A stretch of DNA of 64,000 nt. Origin: Alloascoidea hylecoeti. Taxonomy: Eukaryota. Positions 21,374 to 33,808 of this stretch are shown in pieces. A program made the position numbers and the translations under genes. How positions within the stretch are numbered: the first letter of the stretch is position 1; the number at the start of each line of letters is the position of its first letter. The notes under the pieces are model-generated. The model ran no database searches, was not told where the DNA came from, and worked only from the letters and a program-made list of their open reading frames with translations. The DNA lies in contig BCKZ01000017.1 in NCBI GenBank assembly GCA_001600815.1, forward strand, positions 225,720 through 289,719, written 5' to 3'.

Positions 21374-23092
21374 ATGGGCGCAAATCAAGCTTTGCCTGGC
21401 ATCGTGGAAGCAGAGAGCGAAGCAGATACAGAGCTAGACACAAACCAAAATGAACCTTCAAGTTCACTGAAAAGGAAAAAACAGGAGGATTTACTACACA
21501 TGTTTAGAGAAAGTGACAATGAGCAACAGGCAAACGAACTTGAAGCCATCGATCAAGAAATCCTTAATATCAACTCCATTATAAACGATAATGATAACAG
21601 GAGTATATCTACTGATAAACAATCCGAATATTTATACAACAATAATGCTTTAACGACAAATAGTGATTTAATCAACATCAATTCTGATTTAAATCCTGAT
21701 TCTTTTAGAAATCAAAATCAACATAATATTGATAGTGAAAATGAATATGGAAACGGAAAAAAGAACAAAAAAATGAGTTACAAATTAAATAATCATTTTT
21801 TAGACAATCATTCAACTGATTCATTGATTATATCTGATTCATTGATTATATCTGATCCTCCTCAATCTCATAGTAGCAATACATCCTATGAAGTTCCAAA
21901 AATAAAATCTCCTGTTGATCACAAATCTCCCATAATGAGTCCAATATTGAGTCCTATAATGAATCCTATAACTAATACCATTAATTCAACAGCTGCTACA
22001 ATTAATGATAACAATTCAATTACACCTTCTTCTGCTCCACAATGGCTTGTCCCTGATTTAGAAGAAGAATGGGTCTCAGATCATGAAACTAACCCACCTA
22101 AAATTTCAAATATTCCTGGTTTTGATATAAATGATGTTGACTCAACAGTAGCTTCAACTAAAGAATTATCAACATATGCTGAAATTGCATCAATTGCTCC
22201 AGATTCAACTATTAATAATGAACAAATTAAATCTTCAATTAATTTAGATGATTTTATAGAAAATGATGGAACTGTAATTCATAATTCAAATGATATTGTT
22301 AATACTGCATCTGTTGAATGGAAAAAAGCATTAAAAGAAAAAGAAAAGGAAAAAGAACACTCTTTTGGACCAATTTTTTCAAGAATGTTTGAATCACCAA
22401 CCGTTCAATCTTTAAAAAAAGTTTATGGTAATAGCAGTAATTTAAATAATAATAATACTAATGCAACAACTGATCTTTTAATGGATACCCAATTTTTTAA
22501 CCAACAAAAAGCAATTATTGAAAATGAAAATGAAAATGAAAATGAAAATGAAAATGAAAATGAAAATGAAAATGAAAATGAAAATGAAAATAATGGGAAT
22601 TTATCAGATGGATCTGAAAAACTTGAAACTGTTTCAATATCACCTTTTAAACTTTTCGCTGATGAATATAATACATATACTGAAAAAAGATTTAATGGTT
22701 TATTAGATCAAGTTGAAAGTGATAATGATGACAAACACAAACACAAAAACAAAAATAACAACAATCAAAATAATAATTATAATTCTGATTCAACTGATTC
22801 AACTGATAGTTTTATAAATTCAAATCAAAGTTATGATAGTATAATAGATCAAAAAAGTAATGTTACTGCTGATGAATTCATGCAAGAAGCAAATGATATT
22901 TTTGCAAAAATTAGTTCAAAAAAGCCAAAACCATATACAAATACAAATAATAATTATAATGGAGGTGGTACAACAACAAATGATGATAGTAATGATGAAT
23001 ATAGTAGATATTCTGGTTCATTTTCAAGTATTAATGATGATTTACAAAATTCAGATTTTTATAATGATGTTCAAATTCAACCATTACAAACA

Positions 23093-23139
<47 letters not shown>

Positions 23140-23950
23140 TAAAGTTATTTCAACTATTGATGAATTTAATGCAAATATTCATCGATTACCATATGAAAAT
23201 CAAAGTACTTTTAATTATAATAATAATCAAAAGAAAAACAAAAATTCTTATGCACCAAAAAACAATAACTTAAGAAATCAACATCATCATCATCATCATC
23301 ATCATCATAATAATAGTAATAGTAGTAATAACAGTAATGATAAAAATCAAATTCAAATGATAAAAGGTAAAACTTCAATTCCAAGATTAAAAAAATTATC
23401 TGATTTAAATTTAAAAACAAAATTAAATTCAAATTTAAATCAAAATTTAAATTTTAAACATCAACCACAAAACCATCAACAACATCAACATTTAAACGCC
23501 GAAATAAAACCACCATTTAATTTTAATCCAAGGATATATTCAAATACTTCAAGACCAAGTTTAAATTCAAAAGCAAGTAGTAAAGCAAGTAGTCATATAG
23601 GAATGGCAATTATTACACCTGATCAATTTAAATTACCTGTAAGAGTTGGAAATATGATATTTGATCCAAATTCTCGAATATGGAAAAAAGATGAAACTGA
23701 TTCAAATGATTCAAATTCAAATAGAGAATTATCTTTTGGAACTTTAGATGCAATTGAAGATTTATCAGTTAGAAGTAGAAAAAATAATTTAACTGATAAT
23801 GATACTGATGATGATGATAATGATGATGATGATAATAATAATAGTTTGTTAAAACATTCAAATCATCAACAGATTTTACAAAAAGTAAATGGAAATAAAA
23901 ATGGGAAACAATTAACTGGTATATTAAGGAATAAAAATAATAATAATATT

Positions 23951-23987
<37 letters not shown>

Positions 23988-25720
23988 TTAGATCAAAACA
24001 ATCACAATCACAAATGAAAAAATCAAATCGTCAAGCGCCTACACCACCATCTTCTTCAAATTACAATCACAATGGTATTGAAAGACGTGAAGTTTCATTT
24101 AATGTTACTAAAGATGACTCATATTATTTAAATGAAGGTGTTACAAATATTCAAGAAATATCATTATCATTTTCATTAAGTAAAAAAACATTAATTGAAT
24201 GTATTTCAAGTACAACAACAAATGATCAAAATAATTTATCAAGAGATTGGGATGATATAACTTCATTAGATTTATCTGAAAAACATTTATCGTCATTGAA
24301 AAGTTTAGATGAATTTTGTCCAAATATTATTAAATTAAATGTATCATCAAATGAATTAGGTTATTTAGATGGTATACCAAAAGATATATTGGAATTAAAT
24401 GCAAGTTCAAATAATTTAAATGGTTTAACTTCTTTTAATGATTTAAAATCTCTTCATAAACTTGATATATCAAATAATAATCTTGAAAGATTTCATAGTT
24501 TAAAAAATTTAAAAACTTTAACACATTTAAATGTTAATTTTAATAAGATTTATAATTTAACTGGTTTACAATTTTTCCCATGTTTAATTAAATTAGAATT
24601 AATTTCAAATGAATTATTTGGTGAAATTAATTTAAATGGAGTTGAATTATCAAATTTAGAATATCTTGATTTTTCATCAAATTCAATTAATTCTTTAATT
24701 GGTTTAGAAAATTTAAAAAATTTAAGAGTTTTAAATTTAAATAATAATGAATTAAATGAATTAAATTGTTTTAAAATTTTAAAAAATTTAAAAAAAATTT
24801 CATTAAAATCAAATAAATTAAAAAAAATTGATTTAAAACCATTTCCAAATTTAAGATATTTAAAAATTGATAATAATAAAAATTTAAATTTAATTAAAGG
24901 TTTAAAAAATTTAAAACATTTAGAAATAATTTCTTCAAAATATATTTATTCAATTCCAATAATTGATTCAATTTATTTAAATTGTATTGATGTTAATAAA
25001 ATTTATATTTCAAAATTATCAAATTTTTTATCATTTGATAGAATTTTTATGAATTTAGAAAAAATTGAATTAATTTCAATTGGTTTAAAAAATTTACCAA
25101 AAAATTTTAATTTAATATTTCCAAATTTAAGAGAATTAAATTTAAATTTTAATTTATTAAAAGATATTGATGAATTAAAAAATTTAAAAAAATTACAAAG
25201 ATTATATATTGTTGGTAATAATATTAAAAAATTTAGTTCAACTATTATTATTTTAAAATCATTATTAAATCTTAAAATTTTAGATTTAAGATTAAATTTC
25301 TTAAATAAAGGTTTTTATCCTTATGTTTTTAATCAATATGAAGGTGATTTAACTAATAAAGGTAGTACTGATGGAACAATATTAGACGTTGATGCTGAAT
25401 CTGGATTGATTCAATTAAATACACCAGAAGATATTGAAGATTTCTCATTACATTATAAATCAAAGCAAACAACTCATGGATTGAAAGAATGGGAAGTACG
25501 AGATTTAAGACATCTTGAAAAGTTAAGAGCTGTTTATGAACATGAATTGAATAAAGGAAGAGAAGGTAATTGTGAAACAACGTTTTATCAGAAAAGATTG
25601 GTATATCAGGCACTTATAGTGAAATCAAGTAAAAATCTAAAAATATTAGATTCTATTTATATTAGTAGAGATATTCGGGAAAGTTTAAAAGAAGTTAGTT
25701 ATGAAATTTTAAATAGCTAG
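21374..25720 (+). CDS. NUD1: Spindle-pole-body LRR scaffold, Nud1/Cdc11-like
   Basis: 1448 aa. Low-complexity N-terminus, GNMIFDPNSRIWKK motif and a long C-terminal leucine-rich repeat array (LDLSEKHL, LNVSSNEL, LDISNNNL...), the Nud1/Cdc11/centriolin architecture. Confidence 0.75.
22520..22591 (+). repeat. (GAAAAT)n coding microsatellite encoding poly-(Glu-Asn)
   Basis: About 12 perfect hexamer units. Further (AAT)n and (CAT)n runs lie near 23093-23139, 23282-23306 and 23936-23986. Confidence 0.95.
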
Positions 25721-26380
25721 TGTAACACATATTTAGTTTTATACAATATCATAAACGGGTTATAATATTTTAAACCAAATAATGAGAGAAAACAATTCGG
25801 ATTGTGATGGAAATATGTATACAACATATACCAGCGCATGCCAGAATAAAGTTCTACCTGAAAAATAAACCACCCATTTTTTGGTATAATGTATTCATGC
25901 TTTATTTCGACTCTGATATTAGCTACCTTGTGCTTTTCATCAATAGAAACAATAGTTAATGAATCTGAATGATTCAGCTTGAAAATTGGGATACTTATGA
26001 ATAATGGTGAATGATTCAGCATAAACATTTAGATAGTTATTAATAATAGTAAATGGTTTAACATAAACATTAGGCAATATGAATGATTTGGATATAATAC
26101 TACGATCTTGGCATGGGTATTGGGACACCTAGAAATAATGGTCAAATTCAATGTGAAAGATCTTGAATAGCTATTGGGGCACTTAAAAGTCATGGCATTG
26201 TTATGAAAGGTAGAAATCATGTTAAATATAATGTTGATATTAATATTGATCAATGTGGTAATAATACGAATTTTTTTTTTTCTTTTCACAGAAAAGTATA
26301 ATATCTCTGGATCAAATAGCGGTATAAAACTATTCCCTATAATAAAGTTCTAAATTTTTGTAAGTCGCTAATGGACGACT
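25721..26380 (-). repeat. Diverged dispersed repeat, copy A (inverted relative to copy B)
   Basis: Reverse complement aligns with ~32875-33615. Anchors: 26045-26074 vs 33235-33264 (29/30), 26365-26374 vs 32877-32886, 25733-25744 vs 33596-33607. Boundaries are approximate. Confidence 0.8.
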
Positions 26381-28447
26381 TATTTTATTGTCGAATTCTT
26401 GGGAAAGTTTATAGATTTGATGGGTGTTTTGGAAAACAATCCACAAAAATGATCTATATTTATCCAAAGTAATAGACGAGTGAGTCAATATTTCATAGAC
26501 AATAAAGTTAAAAGGATTTTTTGACGGGATTATGTGTAATCACTCGTCTATGATATCTCAAGAAAAAAAAAAAAAAAATGCGACTCTAACGTAGCAGAAA
26601 CTTTCATTAAGGTTTTTATGATTGATAGAAAATATTAATTGTTGTATAAAAATTATCTGAAACGGAGAATCATTATAATTATTAGTAATAACTAATAAAA
26701 AACTGATATATTAAAAGGTAAATACTTATGTTTATATACTAAATATTCTAAATATTCTATACTAAATAGGATGGTAATGGACTTATCAGTATAGATTACG
26801 TATACAAATTACAAAACCAACAAAGAGTATAATTTATTATGAATAGTATAACTAAAATCTACCTAATTTTATGATTCTGGTAATATTAATTTGATATTTA
26901 ATTTTTGTCGTTTTTGTTTTCAAGCGCTTTTTTACGGTTGAGCATTATTACATGAGAACCTGACAATGATGTTATTGTTGTTTTTTCCTCAACTTGATTT
27001 AAATCTGAATTGTCTAAAAATGATGTAATCATTCTATAATTAATAGATGTTTAAACAATACTTGATAGTGGAGTATATATTTTATAAAAATGCCTTGCTG
27101 TATCCCATCTTTAATTTTAGAATCTTCATTTATTTTTCATTTTTGTGATTTTATGATTTCAATAAGTTGTATTATATGATTAGTTATAATCTAAATTATC
27201 ATCTATTATTAGCAAAAATATGCTAATTAATAAAATTAGAAATAACTTACAATCTATTTAAAGGCAAAGTTACGAAATAAGGGTTAGAAACATGACGCAA
27301 TTAGTTGTAAGAAGCGTAACTAAATATATATCACTCTGACATTAAAAACAACAAAAAGTATCAACGAAACTAGTCATTCCATAGAATGGTGAATATAAAT
27401 AACATACTTCTGGCTAATATGAGGATGAAATAGATTTCTATGTTTGTTGTGTTACGGAGCGGATTTGAAAAGAGGGTCGTACTTCATCTTAAAATGTGGC
27501 TGGGGTTCCTATTAGTCCAACCTTCGTAGAGGAGACTGTTTATGACGCTAATTATAACACTAGATAGTAAAATAAAGATGGCATTCTATACGGACACGGT
27601 ATGCACAACTTTAAGAACATTTTAAGGCCTTGTAGAGGTTCAACTAATATATATATCACTTATATAAATCTTTATATGTAGTCATTAGCAATAACTGGAT
27701 ATACACTTTGTATACTGATTAGTACTTGTATTATAATCCAGACTCCTGACCAGACTCATAAATATCAGTAGGAGATAGTTCATGAGTCATGATCAGCATG
27801 TTCGACTATATATTGTAGATGGTATTCAATAACAGTGACAGGCTTGCTAGCAGTGCTATTGAATTTCTCCTTGGCATGGTTTTGTGTTGTAGATGGCATT
27901 GAGAATTATTATATAGTATAGCCAATGATTACATTTACATATATCATTATTCATCGAACTTATAATATCTCATCATCCATGAAACTTAGGAATAATCAGT
28001 TCAAGGCCCAATATTATATACTTGATAATTAACCATGATTATGGATGTAAACCTCACATACTGTGTTTCCAAAACTCCAATAATTCCGATACCACACAGT
28101 TATCGGCAAATGTATAGCAAATAGTCCAATAAAAGATCGGGATTACATTCTTCGTCATCGATATTATCTGTGCCAACACCCATATCCTACTCAGCTAAGC
28201 CATTGAATATCCTATATCGAGTCATATTAACTGTTTATAAATCTGTATAGCTTTGCTTATTTTGTGTAAAAACAGTGGTGCCTCATTCTCACGTGAGCCT
28301 CAGTACTGATTATCAGATCGATCTACGAATAGTGTTTTAGAATTTACTTTCACTGACACCTTAACTGATAATTAACTATTTAACTTCTTGGGTTTTCCTG
28401 TTTTTGGCTTAAACTTGAATTAGACATACAAATCCTAGAGTAGTAAT

Positions 28448-30954
28448 ATGGGTTTTAGCGAGAAACAACCTCTTTTATACCAACGAAGACACTCGAGATC
28501 TTCCCGTCGTATGCTCGCCCCATCTCAGCTAAACAGGCAGAGAAGATCTTCCCGCATATTGGCTGCCCAGATTTCCTCTTCTAAAGCTTGCCATACCTGC
28601 GATCACGGGGATGGCTCGAATAATGGTTGGTCTTTGTTTGGAGCTGTGGCTGGCTTGGCTGCCTTTTTTCTAGATCCTTGTTTATTTAACTCCTCCACAT
28701 CCCACTCCTGCAATAAAACTACCGACTTTCCTGAAAACCCCCTTATTTACATGACTGATAAAAACATTGAAAATGGTCTAGTTAAACAGGCCTTAGACAC
28801 CACTGAAAGGCTCGCTGCGTTAAGGAAATTGATGAAGGAACGCGATTTGGATGTCTATAGTATGTTTTAACCCACTGTCTCAACTCTTTTATGCATACAT
28901 AACTTACAGTTTATCTTAGTTGTTCCATCTGAAGATGACCATCAAAGCGAATACACCGGTGCTGCTGATCAAAGACGTGCTTTTATCTCAGGTATGTTTA
29001 AATTTTGTTTGTTTCCTTGAATATTGTTTAAATTCCCTTTAGATCTCTAACCACAACTTCACTAGGTTTTACCGGCTCAGCGGGAATAGCTGTCATCACT
29101 CAAGATGAGTGTGGTTTAGCTACGGATGGCCGGTATTTTCTCCAGGCTGCCTCTCAACTTGATCATAACTGGACGTTGTTAAAACAAGGGCTTCCGGATT
29201 CTATAACGTGGCAACAATTTGCAATTTCAAGAGCACTTAATAAATCCCGTGAATTAGGTTCTAGAAGGGCTTCTATAATTGCAATTGATCCAAAATTAAT
29301 ATCAAATAATACTGCAGTTCAATTACAAAAAGAAATCAAATTAAATTTAGAAAAAGTAAATTTAAAATGTTCTTCTTCTTCTTCATTAAACGTTATTTTA
29401 AAAGGTATTGATGATAATTTAATTGATCTAATATGGTCAAATTTTGAACCAAAACCAATTCGTTCATTATCAAAAATTAAAATTCAATCAATAAAATATA
29501 CAGGTGTATCACATATTTCAAAAATTAAAACGTTACAAAATTTTTTAAATGCTAAAAATTCTAAAGGTTTCATTGTTTCTTCATTAGATGAAATTGCTTG
29601 GTTATTAAATTTAAGAGGAATTAATGATATTGTTTATAATCCTGTTTTTTTTGCATGGCTTATTGTTTTAAAAGATAAAGTTATATTTTATATTAATAAT
29701 GAAAAATTAACAATTGAAATTATTGATTATTTAAATCAAATTGATGGCTTTAAAATTAAAAAATATGATGAATTTTGGAATGATTTATTAATTTATAATT
29801 CTAAATCAACTACTATTTTAAATGATGATAAAAATAAAAATAAAAATAAAAATAAAAATAAAAATAAACAATCTAAATTAAATGATATTGACTTTGAAGA
29901 ATTGGTTAAAGATAATGCTAATAATATATTTGATGATTCTAGTAATAATAGATATTTATCATCATTGGATGCTTCATGGGCAATTGTTTCAAAAATTGGA
30001 TCTGAAAACATTAATTTAATCCAATCTCCAATTGAAAAACGTAAAGGTAGGAAAAATGAAACTGAAATTAAAGCAATGAAAGAAGCTCAACTTAAAGATG
30101 GTGTTGCACATATTCGTTTTTGGTCATGGTTAGAATATCAATTACAACATGGTTCAAAAATAACAGAATATGAAGCTGTTGAAAAAAGTCGTGAATTTAG
30201 AAGTCAAATGGATGATTGGATAGGTGATAGTTATGGAATTATTTCTTCATCTGGTTCAAATGCTGCAATAATTCATTATGCACCAACTGTTGATAATTGT
30301 AGATTAATTAATGTTAATGAAATTTATTTAAATGATTCTGGTTCTCAGTTTTTACAAGGTACAACTGATAATACAAGAACTTTTCATTTTGGTACCCCAA
30401 AACAAGAAGAAATTGATGCTTACACAAGAGTTTTAAAAGGTCATATTGCAGTTGCAAATATTATATTTCCAATAGGTGTTAATGGTTATATGTTAGATAT
30501 TTTAGAAAGACAATATTTATGGCATGAAGGTTTAGACTATTTACATGGATCAGGTCATGGTGTTGGTCAATATTTAAATGTTCATGAAGGACCAATTGGA
30601 ATTGGTTTTAGAGAATCTTTTTTAAATCAACCATTTCAAGTTGGTAATATATTATCAAATGAACCTGGTTTTTATAAAGATGGTGAATTTGGTATAAGGA
30701 TAGAAAATGAAATTCTTGTTGTTGAAAAAAAAACAAACCATCAATTTGATGGTAGAAAATTTCTTGGTTTTGAAACAATCACATTAGAACCATTATATAG
30801 AAAATTGATTAATGTTGATTTATTAACAAAGGTAGAGATTGATTGGATTAATAATTATCATAAGAAAGTTTATGATTCTACAGTGTCTTGGTTTGATTCT
30901 AATGAATTAGCATTAGAATGGTTAAAAAGAGAAACAAAACCAATTATAATTTAA
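28448..30954 (+). CDS. FRA1: Xaa-Pro aminopeptidase P (M24B; Fra1/XPNPEP1-like); exons 28448-28859, 28920-28991, 29066-30954
   Basis: Spliced product contains DTTERLAALRKLM, YIVPSEDDHQSEY, RRAFISGFTGSAG, TDGRYFLQA, DSGSQFLQGTTD, HGSGHGVG, VHEGP, SNEPGFY and GIRIEN. Two GTATGT..TAG introns. Confidence 0.92.
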
Positions 30955-32874
30955 ATCTTATACCATCCTTGCGCCAGAATCAAATTTATTTAAACAAATA
31001 TTTAATGTAATAATATTATTATCTTAATTATGATAAATACAAATGATTAACATTTAGCTATGCCTAGTAACATATAGCTATAGTTATAATAATAACATTC
31101 AAATGACGGATCATAATCTAACAGACATATGCATATGCGACTTTTTTTTGTGCATAAGCTCGCTACTTTCTTTGTCAGTTTGTCACTTTCTTTCATTTGG
31201 GTTTCTTAGTTCCTTCACTATGGTAGCAATAATCCACTATCACAGTTTTATAGCAACTATTCCCATTCTTCTCATTATTATCAATCGCAGACAATCTGAA
31301 TGACTTATAAATATTCTCATTTTCTAATACACTCTAAAATAATAAACCATTGTAATACTAAACCGTCATTGTGAGATGATAGATTAAGATGAACAAATGG
31401 GATAAGGACAGTCTATCTATTTTTATACTAAGTTATCTATTTGAAATGAGACGACGCTGGATCAGTTAGTATTCGGATCTTGATACCTCTTTTGTATCTA
31501 ATAACATATTTAAACAATAGTTATTATCTGTATATTATTATGTATATATCTGTTCTATAAAAACAAAGAAATAGCTGACTATATAGTAAGTACTCAACAT
31601 CGAGCCTCATTTCATAAACTAATCGCGACCAAAACAAACTTTAATTAAGACAACCCTTTTTATCTAACAGTTAGTATTGTTGAAATACATTAATTTTGGA
31701 GATTTGGTTGTTGATTCTCTTTATGCATATATATGCATATGCGTTGCTCCGAATTGTTCATTTTTGCAATGTCAAGTTTTTAATAAAATTTACTTTGATC
31801 AGTTTAGTTCATATTAGTTTCTGATGAACAATATACCTACCGGTATTAATTTACTTTCAGGTAACTAACGTAATCCAAGACAACAATAGGAATAATAATA
31901 AAGCTCAATTATCTGGTTTTCTGGGGACAGCTTCCCCAATGACTATTAAATACCCATATTATTGTTTAGTCTTACATAGGAATAGTATATTGTAAGGTAA
32001 GTCAAATTTAAATACTGGATCTTTATCAGCTTTAGTTGATACATCTACAACAACTTGTCAAAGTTCTTTGATGAAGCTTAGTCGATCCTCAAACTGTATA
32101 TATTATAGGAGTGAAATTGTAATAAATAAAATTAAGATCTTCTGGACAAAACTGTATAAACGGTGCATCTCGTAAGGTTCTCCCGGAATTGACTGCCCAG
32201 TGCCCATGAATATTATAGTATGAAATTGAAATCACGTGTGGAATATAAAATCAATCCATTTTCTTTACCATCCGACCTTAACCTATGATGATGTTGTTAT
32301 TATAGGTTATTTTGTAGATCGCTTCCTGAAAATAGCGGATCCAATCTACTATACTCTTTCAATCGAAATTTCTTCAACTAACGATATTTATTTTCAATAT
32401 TTAATTACTATAGGTCTATAAGCTATTTATAAAAATAATGTTTGATAACTGAAGTCAATACCAGTGAAGTGATACTAAAAACTACTCTGATATCTCTAAA
32501 TAGTGTTTTTATGGAGTTTTTGAGTGGCACGATAGAATTTCTTGGAATGTCAAAAATTGCTTATTTGTTCAATCGCAAATTTAAAGTGCAGCTGTATTCT
32601 ATTCATGATGTGTAAAGTTAGTAATATATTGATGATGATTCTGTTCAAAAATCGACTCCACTGTTTATAGAATCAATTTTATAACTTGCCATGGGATAAT
32701 TAACAATATATAAAAATCACTACATTTTATACACCGAGTTTGAAGATATTGCAAATGGTAAATACTTACTCTAGATCTAGTATATTAATTCTTTACTTAT
32801 ATTAGGCGTCTGTCGTCATCAAGACAGGAAGTTTTTCAAATAACAAAAATATAAGGCCTATTCATTATTTGGAC

Positions 32875-33615
32875 TGCCATTAGCGAGCCACAAAAAAGAT
32901 TCAAACATAAATGAAGAGGTGTCCGCTCTCTCTTTATATTTTTTCCAGCTATTAGCCATCTTTAACAGAGGCCCGAGTTTCAATAATACTATTTCTCAAT
33001 CTATAAAAACATATCCATCAATATTAATGTCAATATTACATTTACCATGACCTCTAATTTCCCAAAAATTAAGGCCGAATCATTTTTCATGACTCTTAAA
33101 TACCCCAATGTCTATGCAAAAACATCTACCTCGAAATCGGCCATTATTTCGAAGTATCCCAATGTTCATGTCGAATCATTCACCATAGCTTCGACTTTTC
33201 CTAATAATTATAAAAAATCATTCATGATTGATTTCCTAATGTTCATGTTAAACCATTTACTATTTTTCATAAGTATCCCGATGTTCATAGCTTCACCTTT
33301 TCCCAAAGTTGATAGCAAATTATTCATTATATAGTTTCTAAGCTTCCCATTGACAATATCATGATTACTACGGTTTTTAAAATTTGCCTCCAATATAAGG
33401 ACTGAACTCTATAGATGACTTTGATTGATGTCCGTTTCTTTCTTGCGATGGTGGGGAGTAGAATAATCAAATTCTGCAGAAACTTCTTTTACTATCCAGA
33501 CTAGACAGCCGAAAGCGTTTTTCCTATGATATTTCTATAATTTACTATTTTTATTAGTCCGAATTAAAAAGAAATGTTATTCATGAAAGACAAGGGTATA
33601 AAACTAATATTGTTG
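32875..33615 (+). repeat. Diverged dispersed repeat, copy B (inverted relative to copy A)
   Basis: See copy A. Contains a degenerate 39-bp unit reading KYPNVHVESFTIA-like in frame 33047-33334. Boundaries are approximate. Confidence 0.8.
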
Positions 33616-33808
33616 GTGCTATCAATCTAAATAAATATAACATATATAAAACGACATTAATTTTTAAATGGTGTCACATTATAATGTATATGACAAAGGT
33701 ATTATATTTACATATATTTTCAATAAACATTGTTATCGTTCTTGTCTCATTTGTTATTAATATTCATGATTACGTGTAAAATCAAATAAAGTCTCCTTTC
33801 ATAATGTC

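Noticed and set aside
22518..23432. Small ORFs of poly-MK, poly-I and poly-Y/D, and similar antisense or overlapping ORFs throughout the window
   Set aside because: They are alternative-frame shadows of real genes and their microsatellites.
26949..26967. 18/19 reverse-complement match to LTR positions 9071-9089
   Set aside because: The flanks do not align, and a short isolated match could arise by chance.
25721..33615. Inverted-repeat centromere interpretation
   Set aside because: The repeats are strongly diverged and enclose an intact protein-coding gene, unlike the near-identical repeats around gene-free cores in known yeast IR centromeres.
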